From: Eledone cirrhosa
Lineage: Eukaryota
Length of the DNA: 64,000 nucleotides
NCBI GenBank assembly: GCA_964016885.1
Contig: OZ024745.1
Span: forward strand, 103,044,001-103,108,000
Reading direction: 5' to 3'
Part shown: positions 12,018-26,930 of the stretch, one piece after another
Position numbering within the stretch: the first letter of the stretch is position 1
Layout: each line of letters begins with the position of its first letter
Notes under the pieces: model-generated
Told to the model about the DNA's origin: nothing
Seen by the model: the letters and a program-made list of their open reading frames with translations, nothing else
Databases searched by the model: none
Program-made: the position numbers and the translations under genes

Positions 12018-12379
12018 ATGAATATTACATAATTTATGTGCTAAATTTCCTGACTGTTGATTAAATATATTTTATAGCTTATTTAAAGATTCACTACTTC
12101 AACATTTTCAAATGTCAACACTTCCGGTTAGTGGCCGTTATATTATAACACTTATAAAAATATCGCATATATTTCCGTCGCTAATTTTCTCCTAATGCAA
12201 TTTATATATAATATCGTCTTTTTTTAAATGTATCATGGATTACTTTACTGATTACAGAAGACAGTGTAACATAGACTTCGTTCAACTTCTGTGTATATTG
12301 TCAATTAAGATTTTATTTGATGTATCATATCTACATGCATATATATTTGTGTATAATATCAATATACACACTACACATG

Positions 12380-12417
12380 CTAGCAGAAAACCACCCGAAG
12401 GGTGGTTTTTCTGCTAG
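12380..12417. repeat. Strong hairpin bounded by CTAG (Helitron-terminus-like)
   Basis: ctagcagaaaaccaccc-gaa-gggtggtttttctgctag: 17-bp stem with a one-base bulge; followed by T. Confidence 0.6.
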
Positions 12418-13122
12418 TAGGTATTAACTATGGAAGTGTAGTGTTTAGTAGATGTTTGAGGCATTAGCTAAGGAAAATGGAGGTGCACAGCACTCAGTTG
12501 GATAGATTAACTGGTGCACTTACACATCAATATACTAGGGAATTGCGAAGAGATGTAATATGTGAGTCTTGTTCACGTTGATGTTGTGGGGATCAAAAGG
12601 TTAACCAAAGAGTTTTAATGTTCTTCATATTTTGTGTCTGCATGTGTTAAAGAAATGAGGGTGTCTATTGATTATATGGGGCCCACCCTCTATAATTTCT
12701 ATGGCTTCCATGGAGTATAAATCACAACCACTCACAAAAGAACCTCCGTTATATGGGTGTGCAGTTCTATCTATGGACCACAAATTGAGTGTTGTGTACC
12801 ATCCTACTTAAGCCTCTATATAAGCTTGGATAGTTCCATGCTGTCACACTTGTCAATTCTATTAAAGAAGTTGTGATGGTTGTATCGTCTGTCCTTAAAA
12901 CTGGTCAATGGCTTTCCTATGTATCTATAAGTTCTGTCACTAGTAGTAACCCTACACTCATATATGATATTTCTTCAGAGGCATCTGTTCTTCATAGGGT
13001 TGTTTACTGGATTTCTGCTGATCACTCACTCTTGGATGTATGATTTGTGTTGGAATTCTGTCTATTGGGGCAGTTAAACACTAGGTCTGGATGAACTGAA
13101 TTGTGTTTACTATTATGTCCTC

Positions 13123-13347
13123 AGGGCTGTGGATTGGCAGAATTGGTAGAGCATCGGATAACATGTTTCATGGCATAGAGTCACGTCCCTTTCCGTTCTG
13201 AGTTCAATTCCCACCGAGGTTAGCTTTGCCTTGCATTCTTAAGAGGTCGATAAAATAAAGTAGCAGTAATGTACTGGGGCTGATTTAATCGACCTTCCCC
13301 TGCCCCACAATTGCTGGCCTTGTGGCTAAATCAGAAACCATTATTAT
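13123..13347 (+). mobile_element. SINE family A (longer variant)
   Basis: Family A head and core plus an extra gatttaatcgacc...cccc segment. Confidence 0.85.
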
Positions 13348-16300
13348 GTCTCTTACTATTTCCTCACTCTATCTATGATTCATAATGAACCCTCTTCAAT
13401 GAAATGACCCTATAGCATGCAAATGTGCCTAGTGATATGTCAACCTTCCTGAAGTCACAGCTGCACTGAGTTGGATATGTGATTCATATGGAGGACTCTA
13501 AGGTCACCAAGATTGTACTCTTTAACATGTAGATAAATGGAAGCCATTGAAGCTAACACCCAAAACTCCATTAAAAGAATGTCATGAAAGTATAATTCAA
13601 TAAAGTGAGTGGGATGATTGTGACTACATAGGAAAAAACTATGACTGACTGACTGAAAAATGGAGGATCCTATAAAGAAATGAGTAAAAGTTGCTGAGTT
13701 AAACCTGTTGGAACAACAAGAATGAGAGACAGAAAGAGCTAGATCAAGATCTGCTACATTGGTTCTGCTAACTATATTCTGCAATATCTGTGGATGTGGT
13801 TGTACCAGTGACTTTAGTCTACAGACCCATGAGAAAGAAAGGTGCCATTGATGAAGTTACTTCATCATGCATGTGAGTGTGGGGGTGTATATGTACATAC
13901 ATGTATACACAAGAGATACTATGAATTTACCATTTGGGTCTCATGTTGTATAGACTGTGACAGAAACAGATGTCCTTGCACCTCTCAGCTGTAACTAATA
14001 TTCCAAACACTTGTTGCTGTAAATATATACAATCTTCTTTTCAGATCTTGAAATCAATAATGTTCAATTAAGACAGAACTTTTCTGACTGCCTCAAATCT
14101 AAATAATGTTATTATAGATAAGCGTTAGCCAAATGCCATCTGGAACAGTCATGAGCTTCTGAAATAGTGTCATGCATTGAGGCATGATTAAATCAAGTAC
14201 ACTCTCATACTCTTAGCTTTGTAAACCTCAAGTAATAAATATGATTACAGTTTCTCAGATTATTAACCTCATCTTTAGAGATGAAATGCTTTTGATATAT
14301 ATATACTCTATGATTCCATTGGTTTGGTCATCAATCCTCATCAGGTGGCTATTCCATGGATGTGTACGTAGTACTGGATTGGATTTAAACTAAGGCATAA
14401 ATCAGTAGCCTAGTGGTTAAAAGCATTACTACCCTTAGTTTAGAAATAAAGGTTACTGGTTTGGATCCTGTAAATATCTAAGAATAAGACACGTGATGGC
14501 AATTAGAATGTAGCATCGATGTAGCTTAAAGCTATTTTCATATCTAAAGATGAAAATGATAGTCTGGCAAATTATAATCCTATTATAATATGTCACCTTT
14601 AGACATTGAGAAACATTTTAAGTAATATACAATAAGTTATATATATCAGTGAAGGATGATTTTTAAAATATTTTCTCTATGAACAAGTAAAAAAAAAATC
14701 TGCGTTAAGAATAAAACAATATGTGTTGTAAAACTAGATAAACAGTAATTAAATGGATGTTATCATATTTAATGCACGGAGCAATAAAAAGCTAAAGTAG
14801 GATAAAATCAGTGGTGAGAAAAGAAGAATAAATTTAGTTGATACTTTTGTTATTTCTTTTTTTCTTTTCTTGTTTTCTTTTGAGAAAGAATAGGAGACAA
14901 TTCTGTACATGTTTATGTATTATTCTGACTTGAAAACAATTAATTTTCTGCAACTTTGGTTAGTTACACCACCACATCTACACTTCTACTAAGAAAGCAA
15001 TAACATGTCTGGCATTTTCCATATTGTCCAGAAAATTGAAAAACTAATATTCAACATCATCATATTTGTATTTGTTTTTTCTGAGCTTGCATAGTTTGGA
15101 TATATTTTCTTCAAAGTAACATCTAGTCACTTGTGTCACTTTGTGAGGTAAAAAACCCTGAGATTAGTTTTCATCACTCCTGCACATGTCTTCCTTGGTC
15201 ATTCTTATCAGTGGGTTCCTTCCACATATGATTGCTGGAATATCTTTATCTATTTGTCATCATCCATATGCATTACATGTCCATATCAGTGCAGTCTTCT
15301 CTGTTGTTCATAACATCTGATTTCTCTTCTACCCAATTTCTCTCACAAATCATTATTCATTATTTCAATATCCAGTGAAACATGCTGGTTTGCTTCTTTC
15401 CAGTCTTTGCACATCTACTAGATTCAGTGACCATATGTCACATATTTTATTCTACTTTAACGTTTATAATATATTTAATAGGTTAACATTCAGTTACTAA
15501 CCAGCATCTGATCAGCTGAGTTGAAGCAAAGTGCACTCAATGTGTTCTCCCTCTATACAAATAAATCATGAAATACGTGCTGTGCAGTAAGACAGTAAAA
15601 CCTCATCTTAATTAAAATTTCTATCTACAAAGATTTACCATTCCAATTCAATTATCAGTAAAGCATGCCTGTCAAATCGAGCAACTTTGATATATCTTCA
15701 AATTGCATTGTAGTAATAAGGAATGTCTGTTGAAATAACCCTTTTGATACTAAACTGCTTGAAACTTCTCCTGTTTCTATGATACAAAGCTGTTTATTTT
15801 AAAGTGTTTATAAACTTTGTAAAATTATGTTCCAGATATCAGCTAAATAATGAAGTTAGTTATATGACAAAATTCTTCTAAATTCTTAATTATTTTCAAA
15901 TTGATTTGAAAATTATAGGTAGTGTATCTAATTAGAAATAGTGTGATGAAATAATTAAACAAATGACGTGTTGAAATAGAACATATGCAATGGAACTCTG
16001 TAACAAGAATCCACATCTGTTTAACTGAAACATGTTAAAAAATCCTCTCTTAGAACCAGTGGAAATGTGATCACCAAATATGGTTAGAACACATCAACTA
16101 AATTCTATGTGAAGCAAAAGAAGTTTCTGGTTCCTTCTAAATTTACTTGAATAAGCACTTTGGCCTGTGATTGTCTCATTTATAAATTTATTTCATAGCC
16201 CCATTTACTTTGATTCTAATCCACTGTATGTCACATATAGTAGAAAGTGTCTTCTACTATAGCCTTAAGCTAACAAGTGTTTTCTGAGTGAATTTGCTGG

Positions 16301-16759
16301 ATGGATATTTGTTTATGTGGTGCATAGACCAGAGTTCCTGTTACTCTGCAGTTAGACATACAAATATCCATACATTGCTTGAAAACATGTAAGGGTTAGC
16401 TCCAGAAAGAGTATCCAGCCATTGACTTTGGTCTCAATATATATGTTGTGCAAATTATACCAGTGTGGAAAAATGAATATAAAATTGATGATGGCTAACC
16501 TTTATACATGTTTACTTGGAGACTATATATAACATAAAGGATATGGATACAATTTAGATATTATTCAGAAATTGTAATAGACATCATGTGTTAAGATATA
16601 TTATTTTATCATCTAGTATTATAGGATATCTCATGGTATTGTCAAATGTATGATAAAGATTTGAAGAAGCCTCTCAGCTATACCAATGTGAATAAATGTC
16701 TTTGTAAAAGTGTAAAAAGAAAAAAATCTAACTATTAATATATTCTCTCATTTTTACAG

Positions 16760-16905
16760 AACAATCTAGTCCGTAAATTGAAACATTATTGGTATACCTC
16801 ATGGCCAGCACAGGGGTTTCCAGAACCCATTTCATTTTTAAAATTTATCCTTGATGTCAGACTTAACAACGAGAACAAATTAGCCCCTCTAATTGTACAC
16901 TGCAG
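16760..16905 (+). CDS. Protein tyrosine phosphatase domain, internal exon (phase 0/2)
   Basis: ttttacAG acceptor, GTAAGC donor; NNLVRKLKHYWYTSWPAQGFPEP...APLIVHC(S), i.e. the WPD-loop region and the start of the signature motif; intron falls inside the Ser codon after HC. Confidence 0.93.
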
Positions 16906-19833
16906 GTAAGCTCCATCTTGTTGATATGCTCAGTAACAAAGTTGAAAAAGAAAAAAAAAATTTTTTTTTTCTTTTGAAATCAAGTGTGTGCCAAAATTCT
17001 AAAACAAATGTTAATTCTCTATAAATAGCTCAAATTCTGGGCAGTTCCTGTTATTTGTGCTATGATAAATATGTAATCATATGTAATCAAGAAAAAGTTG
17101 GCATTTAGAGCAAATTAATAATTCCTAAACCACTTTATAAAGACTAGCACTATAGTTGTTGTACATTGTTTTGGGTTGTTTACTATTTATTTTAAAAGCT
17201 TGACTAGCATCTAATTTTTAACATAAAAATATAGACTCAACAAGCATAGATGCAAGCATTGCTGTGTGGTTAAGGAGTTTGCTTTGCCACCACTGGTTTC
17301 AGTCACACTGACTCACACTTTGGATAAATGTGTGTAACTTTTGCCTCTAGTTGACTAATGCCTGGTGAATGAAATTTGGTTGATGGAAACTGCTTGAAAG
17401 CCTGTCATATATATATATATATATATATATGTGTGTTTGTTTGTTTGTATATGTCCCTGAATATTAGTAAAATAAGTACCATATTTGAAGAGTTTTAGTC
17501 AACCATATGAACCCCAGTGCTTATTTTATAGAGTCCTATTTGTTGAATTACTACATTATAAGGCATAATCAAGCTTATTGTTAAACAATGGACGGTCACA
17601 CACATGCACACACACACACACATACATATATATGACAGGCTTCTCTGCAGTTTCTGAATACTAGATTCTAATCACAAAGCATTGCTCAACCCAAAGTTAT
17701 AGTAGAAGACACTTGCCGAAGTTGCCTCACAGCGAGAGTGAATCCCAAACTGTATGGTTGTGAAGCAAGCTCCTTAAACATATAGCCATGCTAAATTATA
17801 CTTTTAAAAAATGATAAGTGCTTTACATTATGTCAGAAAATGTTATTCTGTTGATTGAAAATACTGATAATGAAAAGTTTTTAATTTGGATAATGCATCA
17901 TATTAAACAAGTTAAAAATCATGATTCATTTACATGTATGTCTATAGAAGAGAGAGGGGGAGGGGGTGAGCATAGAAATGAGAGTAATAGTTTTCTTCCA
18001 CTACCACATATAAGACTGTCAGTCGCATAGAAAAGAGATGGATGGATGAGCTGACAGTCTCAATAAAAACAGAGTGTGATGACAGATCAGATCTATATTG
18101 AAAGTAATTTTCTCACAGGAAGGTGTTTTCTTAATTGCTACATGGGTAATGGGTATGTACTATAGAAAGGAAATAATAGATGTCACAATCTAAAGGAACA
18201 AATCATGAATGCAGTAGAGAATATTATAACCGGAGTCAGTATAGAACAAACTTAGGCTGAATAAAATGAAGTTTGGCTTGTTAGTGTTTAGCCACAGGTC
18301 AGCCCTGATCTACCTAACCAGGGTTCAATGGCATTTCATGTATTGACTTACTAAACTTTTCTTGAGCATTCTGTATTTAGTACAACATTGTATGCAGAGT
18401 TTGAACTTTCAAAGTGCTATTAGATTATATGTTTCAAAGAAAATATAAAAAAACTTAGAGACAGAAAATAACTGTAACTACAGTTATAAATAGCTTAGAA
18501 ATAGCTATTAATAGCTTAGAAAATTGGGTAAAGACCCCTTATAGATGGAAAAAATGTAGTCAGTGGTTGCTATGAAGAATTAAACTCCATATCTTTCAGG
18601 GTGTTATTTAAGTGATATTTAGTTGCTATTTCTAGCAGATCAAACAACAAAACACAGTGTCCCTTGCTGGTTCATGCAGCAAGTTCATGATTCATGATTC
18701 ATGTTTTCTGTTCCAGAACTTCATATCACATATCTCTAAACCAACGATAAGAGAAGTTTATGGTCAAGAACAAATAAATCTACTTTGCATGTCTTGATTT
18801 AACAAAGACATCTGATAAGCTGTCATAACTCAACTGCATTTGTTTATATGGTCATTTGATCAGACTTGACCTGGGGCTAAATAACAACAACAATCTAGTT
18901 TTCATTCCAAAATCTAATGATAAACTACATATAAGGTTTTAAAACCTAGTAGAGTAGTTTAGAACTAAAGGGTATAAAGGTTAATATGGCAGAGACCATA
19001 GTACTAGTAAGTAGCACAATATCCCAATAACTATCTGAAAATAACCTTGCTGAATATGCTGGAAATTACTTGGTAGTAACTCAATGCTGTGTATTTGGTG
19101 CAGGCAGTAGATGCATGCTGTAGAGAGAGAAAGAGAGATTGAAGAGTTTGGCAAAGATAAAGGAGAGCTCTGGTGTGAATTGTTTGAGAGTAATGGAAGA
19201 GATCTTATTGGAAGGATAGCTCTGGTATGAATTGTTTGAGAGTAATGGAAGAAATCTTATTAGAGCGAGCAGCCATGTTAGCCTAAAATGCCTATAGGGT
19301 AGCCTGGAAAGAGATAGTTTTGGAGGCATTAACTTCATATGTGCAGTATGAAGCTGTATACAAAGCAGGCAGCAAATGTGAAGGTCTTCACTGTGGGAGT
19401 GCTACTTATACATTCTCTAAAGAAATAATATATATATGGAAACCTCATTAAAATTAAGTTATGCTATGTCAATGCAAGTTGAGGACCAAAGCTCTTAATT
19501 TTCTTTTATCAACTTATGTTATATTTCAATGAAGGTACAATAATTGTGAGTTTAATGTGCATCCTTATTAAACACATGGTCATAAGTTCAAATGCTACCA
19601 GCCATTATGTTGTGTCTAACTAATAAAGAGAACTTGGAGTTCCAACATTTCTTCATTTTTTGTGTAGTGAACAATAAGAAGGGCTTTCAACAATAAAACA
19701 TCAAACAATAGCTCCATCAGAAACATTATCTTATCACATCCATGTTTACATGAAAAACAAATATATGTAAAACACTATTAAAAGAAATAAAAAGAAGCTC
19801 CAAAATGTCTTTTTTTTTTTTCCTGTTTTCTAG

Positions 19834-19993
19834 TTCGGGTACTGGACGTACGGGAACTTTGATAGCTATTGATGCCGGCATGAAAATGTTTGATAAAACA
19901 CAAACCGTGGATGTTCTTAATTTTGTCTACTCTATGAGACTCGAAAGACCAAGGGCTGTGCAAACCAAACAACAGTATGCTTTGATATATAAG
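19834..19993 (+). CDS. Protein tyrosine phosphatase domain, exon (phase 2/0)
   Basis: Polypyrimidine + TAG acceptor, GTAAGA donor; (S)SGTGRTGTLIAID...MRLERPRAVQTKQQYALIYK completes HCSSGTGRTG and the Q-loop. Confidence 0.95.
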
Positions 19994-20682
19994 GTAAGAC
20001 TCATTCATTTTACCTGTCATAGTTTGAAACATTTGCTGCTAAAGTATTTGATGACTAATCTGGTAATTGTTTTAATTGTTATACAGCTGTTGTTTCAAAT
20101 AGAGTTTTGTCCAGCTTATTCACTTTTATTACATTGTTATAGTGTAAGGCTAAATGTCTTAGGAACAGTCTTCTTATTTTAGCCAAATTCATATACAAGT
20201 TTTCACTGAGGAGAAATATTTTTACTTGAAACTGAATGATAGGGAATAAAACATTTTTTTTTTAATGTTGTTGTTATATATACTCAAAAAGAAGTCTAGT
20301 TGTGAAGCATTTCATCTTTTTCTCTGTATGAGATTACATTGTCCAATGTGTTCTTTCACTTTTTACGATGATTGTGAAGGGGTGGGGGTTTGAAGGAAAT
20401 TTGACTACTACCTCTAGCAGGTTTAGCAACTATGTAGAGGTTCTCTCATTGGCTCAAGGTCTCTTTTGTAGACATTCGTAGTAGATAATTATCATGTGTT
20501 TTCCATTACTTCTATTTTAGCTTCAAATGATTAACATGCGTTATTTTTTTTTTTTTTACTTTTGTTTTGTAAGTTCTTCCTTGTCTCAACTTTTATAATT
20601 AAATTACTCTGCTTTCATTTATGTTAGTTATTTTATGTTTGTTTGAAATCAATTTATACAAACAAATGTTTGCCATTACTGA

Positions 20683-20873
20683 AATAATTGTGTCTACTTT
20701 AGGCACAAGGCCAGCAATTACCCAGTACATTACTGGTACTTTATTCTATCAACCCCGTAAGGATAAAAGGCAAAGTCAACCTCGGCGGGATTTGAACTCA
20801 GATCGTAAAGGGACGTAACTATGCTGGAAAGCATGGCGTCCGACCCTCTACCGATACTGCCAATCCACCACCC
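20683..20873 (-). mobile_element. SINE family A
   Basis: Near-identical to 4488-4673. Confidence 0.9.
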
Positions 20874-21049
20874 TAAATTTCCCTAAATAATAATCCTGTA
20901 TAATATAGCCATTCTTTTCATTCATTTTTATGTTTTATTTATTTTACCTTCTGTGGGTTTTATATATGTGTGTGTGTGGGGGGGGGGTTATATGGCTTAT
21001 TCAGAAGAAAGGTGAAGTTTCCATCACTTTTGCAGGCTCTTCAAGACTA

Positions 21050-21410
21050 GTGAGATTAATAGTAAGTCCATTTATGCTGGTAAAAACAGAGACAGGGAAG
21101 GAATTCCAGAAATTTGACATTCTATGAAGGAAGAAGTAGGCTGAGGATCTAGAGGAGGAGAGAAAGTAAGGATAGCAGCAAAAGGTGGTGCAGCAGAAGT
21201 GTGAAGTGATGCTTGGGTTGAGATGATATGTAGCTAGCTGGTTCAGTGGAGCAGAGACTGTTATAGTAATGATAATATGGGCAGAGAGAGAAAACAGTGA
21301 GTCTATAAACAAGAAGAGTAACTTTGAAAGAGAAGGCTGGTCTTTGAGGCCTAGTATTTGTAGAGATGATTTTACTGTTTTTATTTACACATTGGTGACT
21401 AGAAAGAGTG
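21050..21410 (-). mobile_element. Degraded CR1/L2-like LINE 3' fragment
   Basis: FFLHRMSNFWNSFPVSVF resembles the C-terminal WNxLP motif of CR1-group ORF2. Confidence 0.5.
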
Positions 21411-22803
21411 AAATACAAATTGTTCCCTTGATAAGAAGAGAAATTTGATCTTCATTCAGTTTTCCCTTTTTTTATTCTAATCTTTTTATTCAGTCTTAAA
21501 TTCATTTTACTATTATTCAATCCATGCAATTTCCTTTGCTTTGTACATTCACTTTCAAAATATACTTACTAAGATATATATTGACATAGATACATACAAA
21601 GACATACACATGGACACACACACACATGACATGAAAAACCTTCATATTTCTTTCATTAATTTTCATCTATCAATTTCTTTCTAACTTTATGAACATGATG
21701 TGTGAGATAACAATTATATCTATAGCATATATTTGCACATATTTCTTTACAATTTTGTTTTGTTAACCTCCAAATAACTCTGGATTTTGTGTAAACAATT
21801 TGGTATTTTCTCTTTCTTGTTATTTTATTCTATTGTTGATGTACATAAATATAATGTTCTTACTTGTAGTGAATAGATAAACTCATATAAATATAAAAAC
21901 TTCTTTCAATATAGTTACAATATGTTACTGCTTGATAAAAATGGAGATTGAAATCATTCAACACACACATACACACATGTCAATGTACAGACGCACATTC
22001 ACACACAAATTTCAACACATACATGTGTCACATAAAAAACATGGATGCCTATGCAATAATCACATACACATACTTTTATTTACAAACACCCACATTGTCA
22101 CTTGCTGTTTACTCCTGCTTTCTCTTCAGATTTTTAAAGTAATTCATCTTATTAGCTGCTTTTATTGATCATTTACCCCCCCCCCCCCCACATACCCCCA
22201 TCCCCACACGTACATCATCTTATTTTCTATCCATCGCTGTCTTATTTTGATTTATTCTTTAATGATATTGTTGCTCACCTTCAAAATTTCTCTCCTAATT
22301 GTACATTTTTTTTTTCCATTTCTTTCATACTATTTTCCTTTTTATACTAATCTGTTTACCGAATCAAATATCTTTTTTCATCCTGCCACCTTTATATCAA
22401 TGGCTCTAGCAATACATCTGTCGATTGAACCAGTCTAATCAATAGTTGCTATGAACAGACGAACATGAATCAAATTAGTTTTCATTATCTTGATATGCTT
22501 CCGTCGACCACCAATGTGAAACATTTGTCAGAATTTCATTTCAAGACAGTCAAAGCTACTTCGTGGTGGTTTGTGCTTGGTGCTGGTTCTATTGTCATGT
22601 CACATAAACAATTTTATCTGTTTACACTATGTATATTTTATTAAGAAACTTATGAAGTTGGTCTGTTACTGAATATTTTCAACAGCTGTACTATTTCAAT
22701 GTCATTCTATAACTTGATCAATGTGTGCAAGTCGGTGTGTATATACATATTTTTATTTACATTTTTATTTATATATTCTAATATATTGTGAAAGTATCTG
22801 CAC

Positions 22804-22848
<45 letters not shown>

Positions 22849-24789
22849 AAATCATCATCTTACATCTGTTTTCCATGTTAACATGGGTTGAACATGTCCT
22901 CATAGTTCAAGACAAGATATTGTCAGATAACCATATATTGCTCATATGTTCCATATGTTGGCATAGTTTCTAATGCTGTATGTCCTTCCGAATGTTAATC
23001 TCTTTACAAAGTGTACCAAGTGCATTTTTTTCATAGCACCATCACTAGAGAGATTATCATGGAATTATCTGGTTCAGAATAGTTAAACTGTATCCCTGCA
23101 TGTCGTAAGAGATAAGTAAAATGGTTGGAACTAGGAAGAGCATCCAGCCATTAAATATTGTTTCAAAAGGAAAGCCATCATCACCATGAAGCTTGTCATG
23201 CCTCCCACACCTCCCAACAAAACTAAGCTCTGCTTTACACCGAAAATGGCCTTAAAACGCATGTTGTTGTTGTGAATACACACACACACAGACATACAAA
23301 TATTGTGGCCATCTCTAAATAAGTAGGATTAGGCAGTTAAGATTTATTAGATGTGATGTATTTCTTTTTAATCAGTTAATTAGGAGGATTTGCCAATGTA
23401 GAGTGGAGAGAATTGCTGATAGAGTAGTACTGGAGGGAGTAATGGTAACTACATGTTTGCTGATGAAAGAGAGAGAGTGAGATGGGAGGGGATGATATAG
23501 GGGAAATTATGAATGATGTAAATGCAATGCGAAGTGATCTTGGGGAAAAGAATGATGGCAGGCAACATATAGAGGGTGGTGGTAAACTGTGTGGGGAGTG
23601 TAAATTTATCTTATGAAATTTCTCATACATAGACACTATATTGGGGGAGGGAGTTGACTGTTAAGGTTGGTTAAAGTGGGGGTGAATATGGACAGGACTG
23701 TTATATGAGTGGCATTATGCGGTGTTTGTGAATGAATATCAATGAGAGAAAATAGTTAGACAGATCCAATGCTATCCATGATTATAAGGGCGGTATGAAG
23801 GAGAAGAAAGGGATTATATCGGCTGTAGGAGAGCGAATAGAAACTTATGATGGATGTATTGGATGAGAGACTAAAATACCCCCCAGGTGCCAACAAACAC
23901 AACCGCCATTTTAATGTTTATTTCATCATATTTACATTTGAGAGTCAATCTTCTACTACATGTAATGAAGTGTTTTGCTCACACAACACAGTAGCCTGTC
24001 CAGGAATTGAACCGATGTCATTACAATTGTACGGCAAGCATCTTAACCACACTCAGCTGAGAGTGAGTACCAGCAGTAGCTGGGAAATTAATCCTGTGAT
24101 AGACCAGCAGCCTATCCAGAGAGAGTCTTATACTCTCAGTTGCTTAATGTCAAGGAAACCAGAGATAAGCACTGGCCTACTGAGCCTTCAGCTTAGAACA
24201 GACTTTAACTAATTTCTACTGCACCATGTGTCACCAATCATTGTGGTCTTTGTCCTATGTTTTTCTTGGTCTTCCACAGGTCATCCACAACTGTCATCTT
24301 CCATAACTAGCACTTATTTATACAGTTGTCATCCTTCATATCAGTTCAATCTTCTCTTTTGCACACTACATCTGATTCCTCTTATACACAGTTATTCTCT
24401 CAGCTCTTTTTGCTTTGTCATTCATGTACATTAACACTATGCATCCTCTAAAACATGCTTGCCTCTTTTCTTTCTAGTCTTTGCAAATTCTCTGCATATA
24501 AGACCGATGTAGCATTATACTTTATACACACACTTCATACAATCTACTCCAATCTGAGAATGAGAAACACCTTGTTGTCAGCAGAGATAATACTTCCCAA
24601 CTGGTTCTTACTTTAGCTACTATGCTTTCAAAACAACCACTGCCACTGTTAATTAGGTTACCTAGGCAACAAAATCTATCAACGGAGCATTTGAGAGAAT
24701 CTATTTATTGTATACTCCATATGCAAATATGTATATACATGTGTGTCTACTTTATATATATACATACACACATATATACATACACACAA

Positions 24790-26930
24790 TTCAAGCATGT
24801 CTTGCAACGTGAGGACCAGAAACAGGAGGTGTTCAAGATAGCGAGGCAGTGTGTCAGAGAGAATTGTGATGTCATTGGTGAGAAGTGTATCCAGAATGAT
24901 AAAGGTGAGCTTGCCCTCACAAGTGCTGAGAAGAAAGATGTGTGGAAGAGCCATTATGAAAGATTACTAAATGAGGAGAATGCATGGGAAGAAGAGACCC
25001 TACCCCCAAGTAGACCCTATAGAGGGGCCAGCAGTACAAGTCAGCAATAGCGTAGTAAGTAAGGCAATCAAAGATATGGAGATGGGGAAGGCAACCGGTC
25101 TATCGGGTATAGCTGCCGAGATGCTGAAGGCATCTGGGTCAGTAGGTCACACATAATCACACGTATTGAATACTAGAAGGTGTCATATCAAAGGATTGGG
25201 GCATCAGCATCATTGTCAACTCCTACAAGGGTAAAGGTGATGCACTAGATAGAGGAAACTATAGAGGTATAAAGCTGATGGACCAGGTCATGAAAGTAAC
25301 AGAAAGAGTTATAACACAGTTGATTAGGGACCGGGTGAAACTAGATGAGATGTAATTTGGGTTTGTGCCAGGAAAAGGCACCACTGATGCCCTCTTCCTT
25401 GTGAGGCAGTTACAGGAAAAGTACCTAGCCACTCTACCTGGTATTCGTCGATCTGGAGAAAACCTTTGACAGAGTTTCCCGTGCTATAATCTGGTGGGCT
25501 CTTAGAAAATTAGGAGTAGATGAATGGCTTGTGAAAGCTGTACAAGCCATGTATAGAGGAGCAGTCAACAAAGTTAGAATTAGCAATGACTATAGCGAGG
25601 AATTTAGCATACAGGTCGGTGTCCACCAGGGCTCTGTTCTTAGCCATCTCCTGTTCATCATAGTTTTGCAGGCAATAACGGAGGAGTTTAAGACCAGATG
25701 CCCACAGGAACTCCTGTATGCGGATGACCTCGCACTTATAGGTGAATCTATGGTAGAACTAGAGAAGAAATTCCAAACATGGAAGCAGGGACTAGGAAGA
25801 AGGGGTCTCAAAGTCAGCCTGACAAAGACTAAGGTCCTTGTAAGTAGATGAGAAACAGAACCCAGATCCCCTCAGGGAAATGGCCTTGCTCAGTATGTAG
25901 GAAAGGTGTAGATAGGAACTCCATCCTCTGCCCCAAATGCAAACAATGGGTACACAAGAGATGTAGTGGGATCTCGGGAAGTTTAACTAAGAATGTAGGC
26001 TTCACGTGTAGCAGCTGCGCTGAGACAGCAAGCAGCAAACAACCACAGGAAACAAGCACCACCAAACTCTGGGAGGGCTCTGTAGAAACAGTAGACAGCT
26101 TCTGCTAACTAGGTGACCAAATTAGCAGCGGAGGTGGTTGTTCGGAAAGTACAATAACTAGGGTAAGAACAGGATGGAAGAAGTTCAGGGAGCCACTGCT
26201 AGCTGCAAAAGGCTTTTCCCTCAAAATGAAGGGCAGACTGTATGATGTGTGTATACGAACAGCAATGTTACATGGTAGTGAGACCTGGGCCCTGTCTGTA
26301 GAAGACTTACGTAGATTAGAAAGAAACGAAGCCTGCATGCTCTGATGAATGTGCAATAGTAATATATGTGAATGGCAAAGCATAAACGAATTGAGAGAGG
26401 GACTGAGCATAAGAGGAATCAAATGCTGTGTGCAGGAGCGGAGGTTGCATTCATATGGACATGTGATGCGTATGAAGGATGACAGCTGCATAAAAAGGTG
26501 CAGAGCACTAGAAGTCGATGGAAGCCGCAGAGTGGGGAGACCCAAGAAGACCTGGGATGAGGTGATAAAAGCCAACCTTGCCCAATTACACCTCTCAAAC
26601 GCGATGAACATGACTGTGACCTCTGGCGTCACGCGGTAATACAGAAGACCCTACCCCCCATGGGTACAAGCCGAAGCTGAAGCATATAGGCAATATGCCC
26701 CCACCCCCTCCCATTGTAAAGTGGTCATAGAGGTGCCATGGCAAAAAAGCTACGAGCCCACACTGTAAAGTGGACGTGTAGGCGCCATGGAAAAAAAAAC
26801 ACCCAGCACTCACTGTAAATAAGGTTGGTGTTAGGGAGGGCATCCAGCTGTAGAAATCAGGCCAGAATCAGTTCCCGTCCCACCCTTGCAAGCAGGAAAA
26901 AGCGGACGTAAAATGAAATGAAATGAAATG
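24790..26930 (+). mobile_element. 5'-truncated, degraded RTE LINE
   Basis: Fragmented ORFs with GVHQGSVLS, LLYADDL and the PHD-like CSVC...CPKC..H..C...CSSC; paralogous to 35852-38101, with stops and frameshifts; 3' UTR and (AATGA)n tail. Confidence 0.92.

Noticed and set aside
12430-13800. Old LINE RT/endonuclease remnants
   Set aside because: Too degraded to assign boundaries or family by eye.
19805-20182. 125-aa ORF as a stand-alone gene
   Set aside because: Only 19834-19993 is exon; the rest is intronic read-through.
22130-22168. Possible last PTP exon (IFKVIHLISCFY*)
   Set aside because: Plausible acceptor and phase, but the peptide does not resemble the usual PTP C-terminal helix; the terminal exon was not identified.
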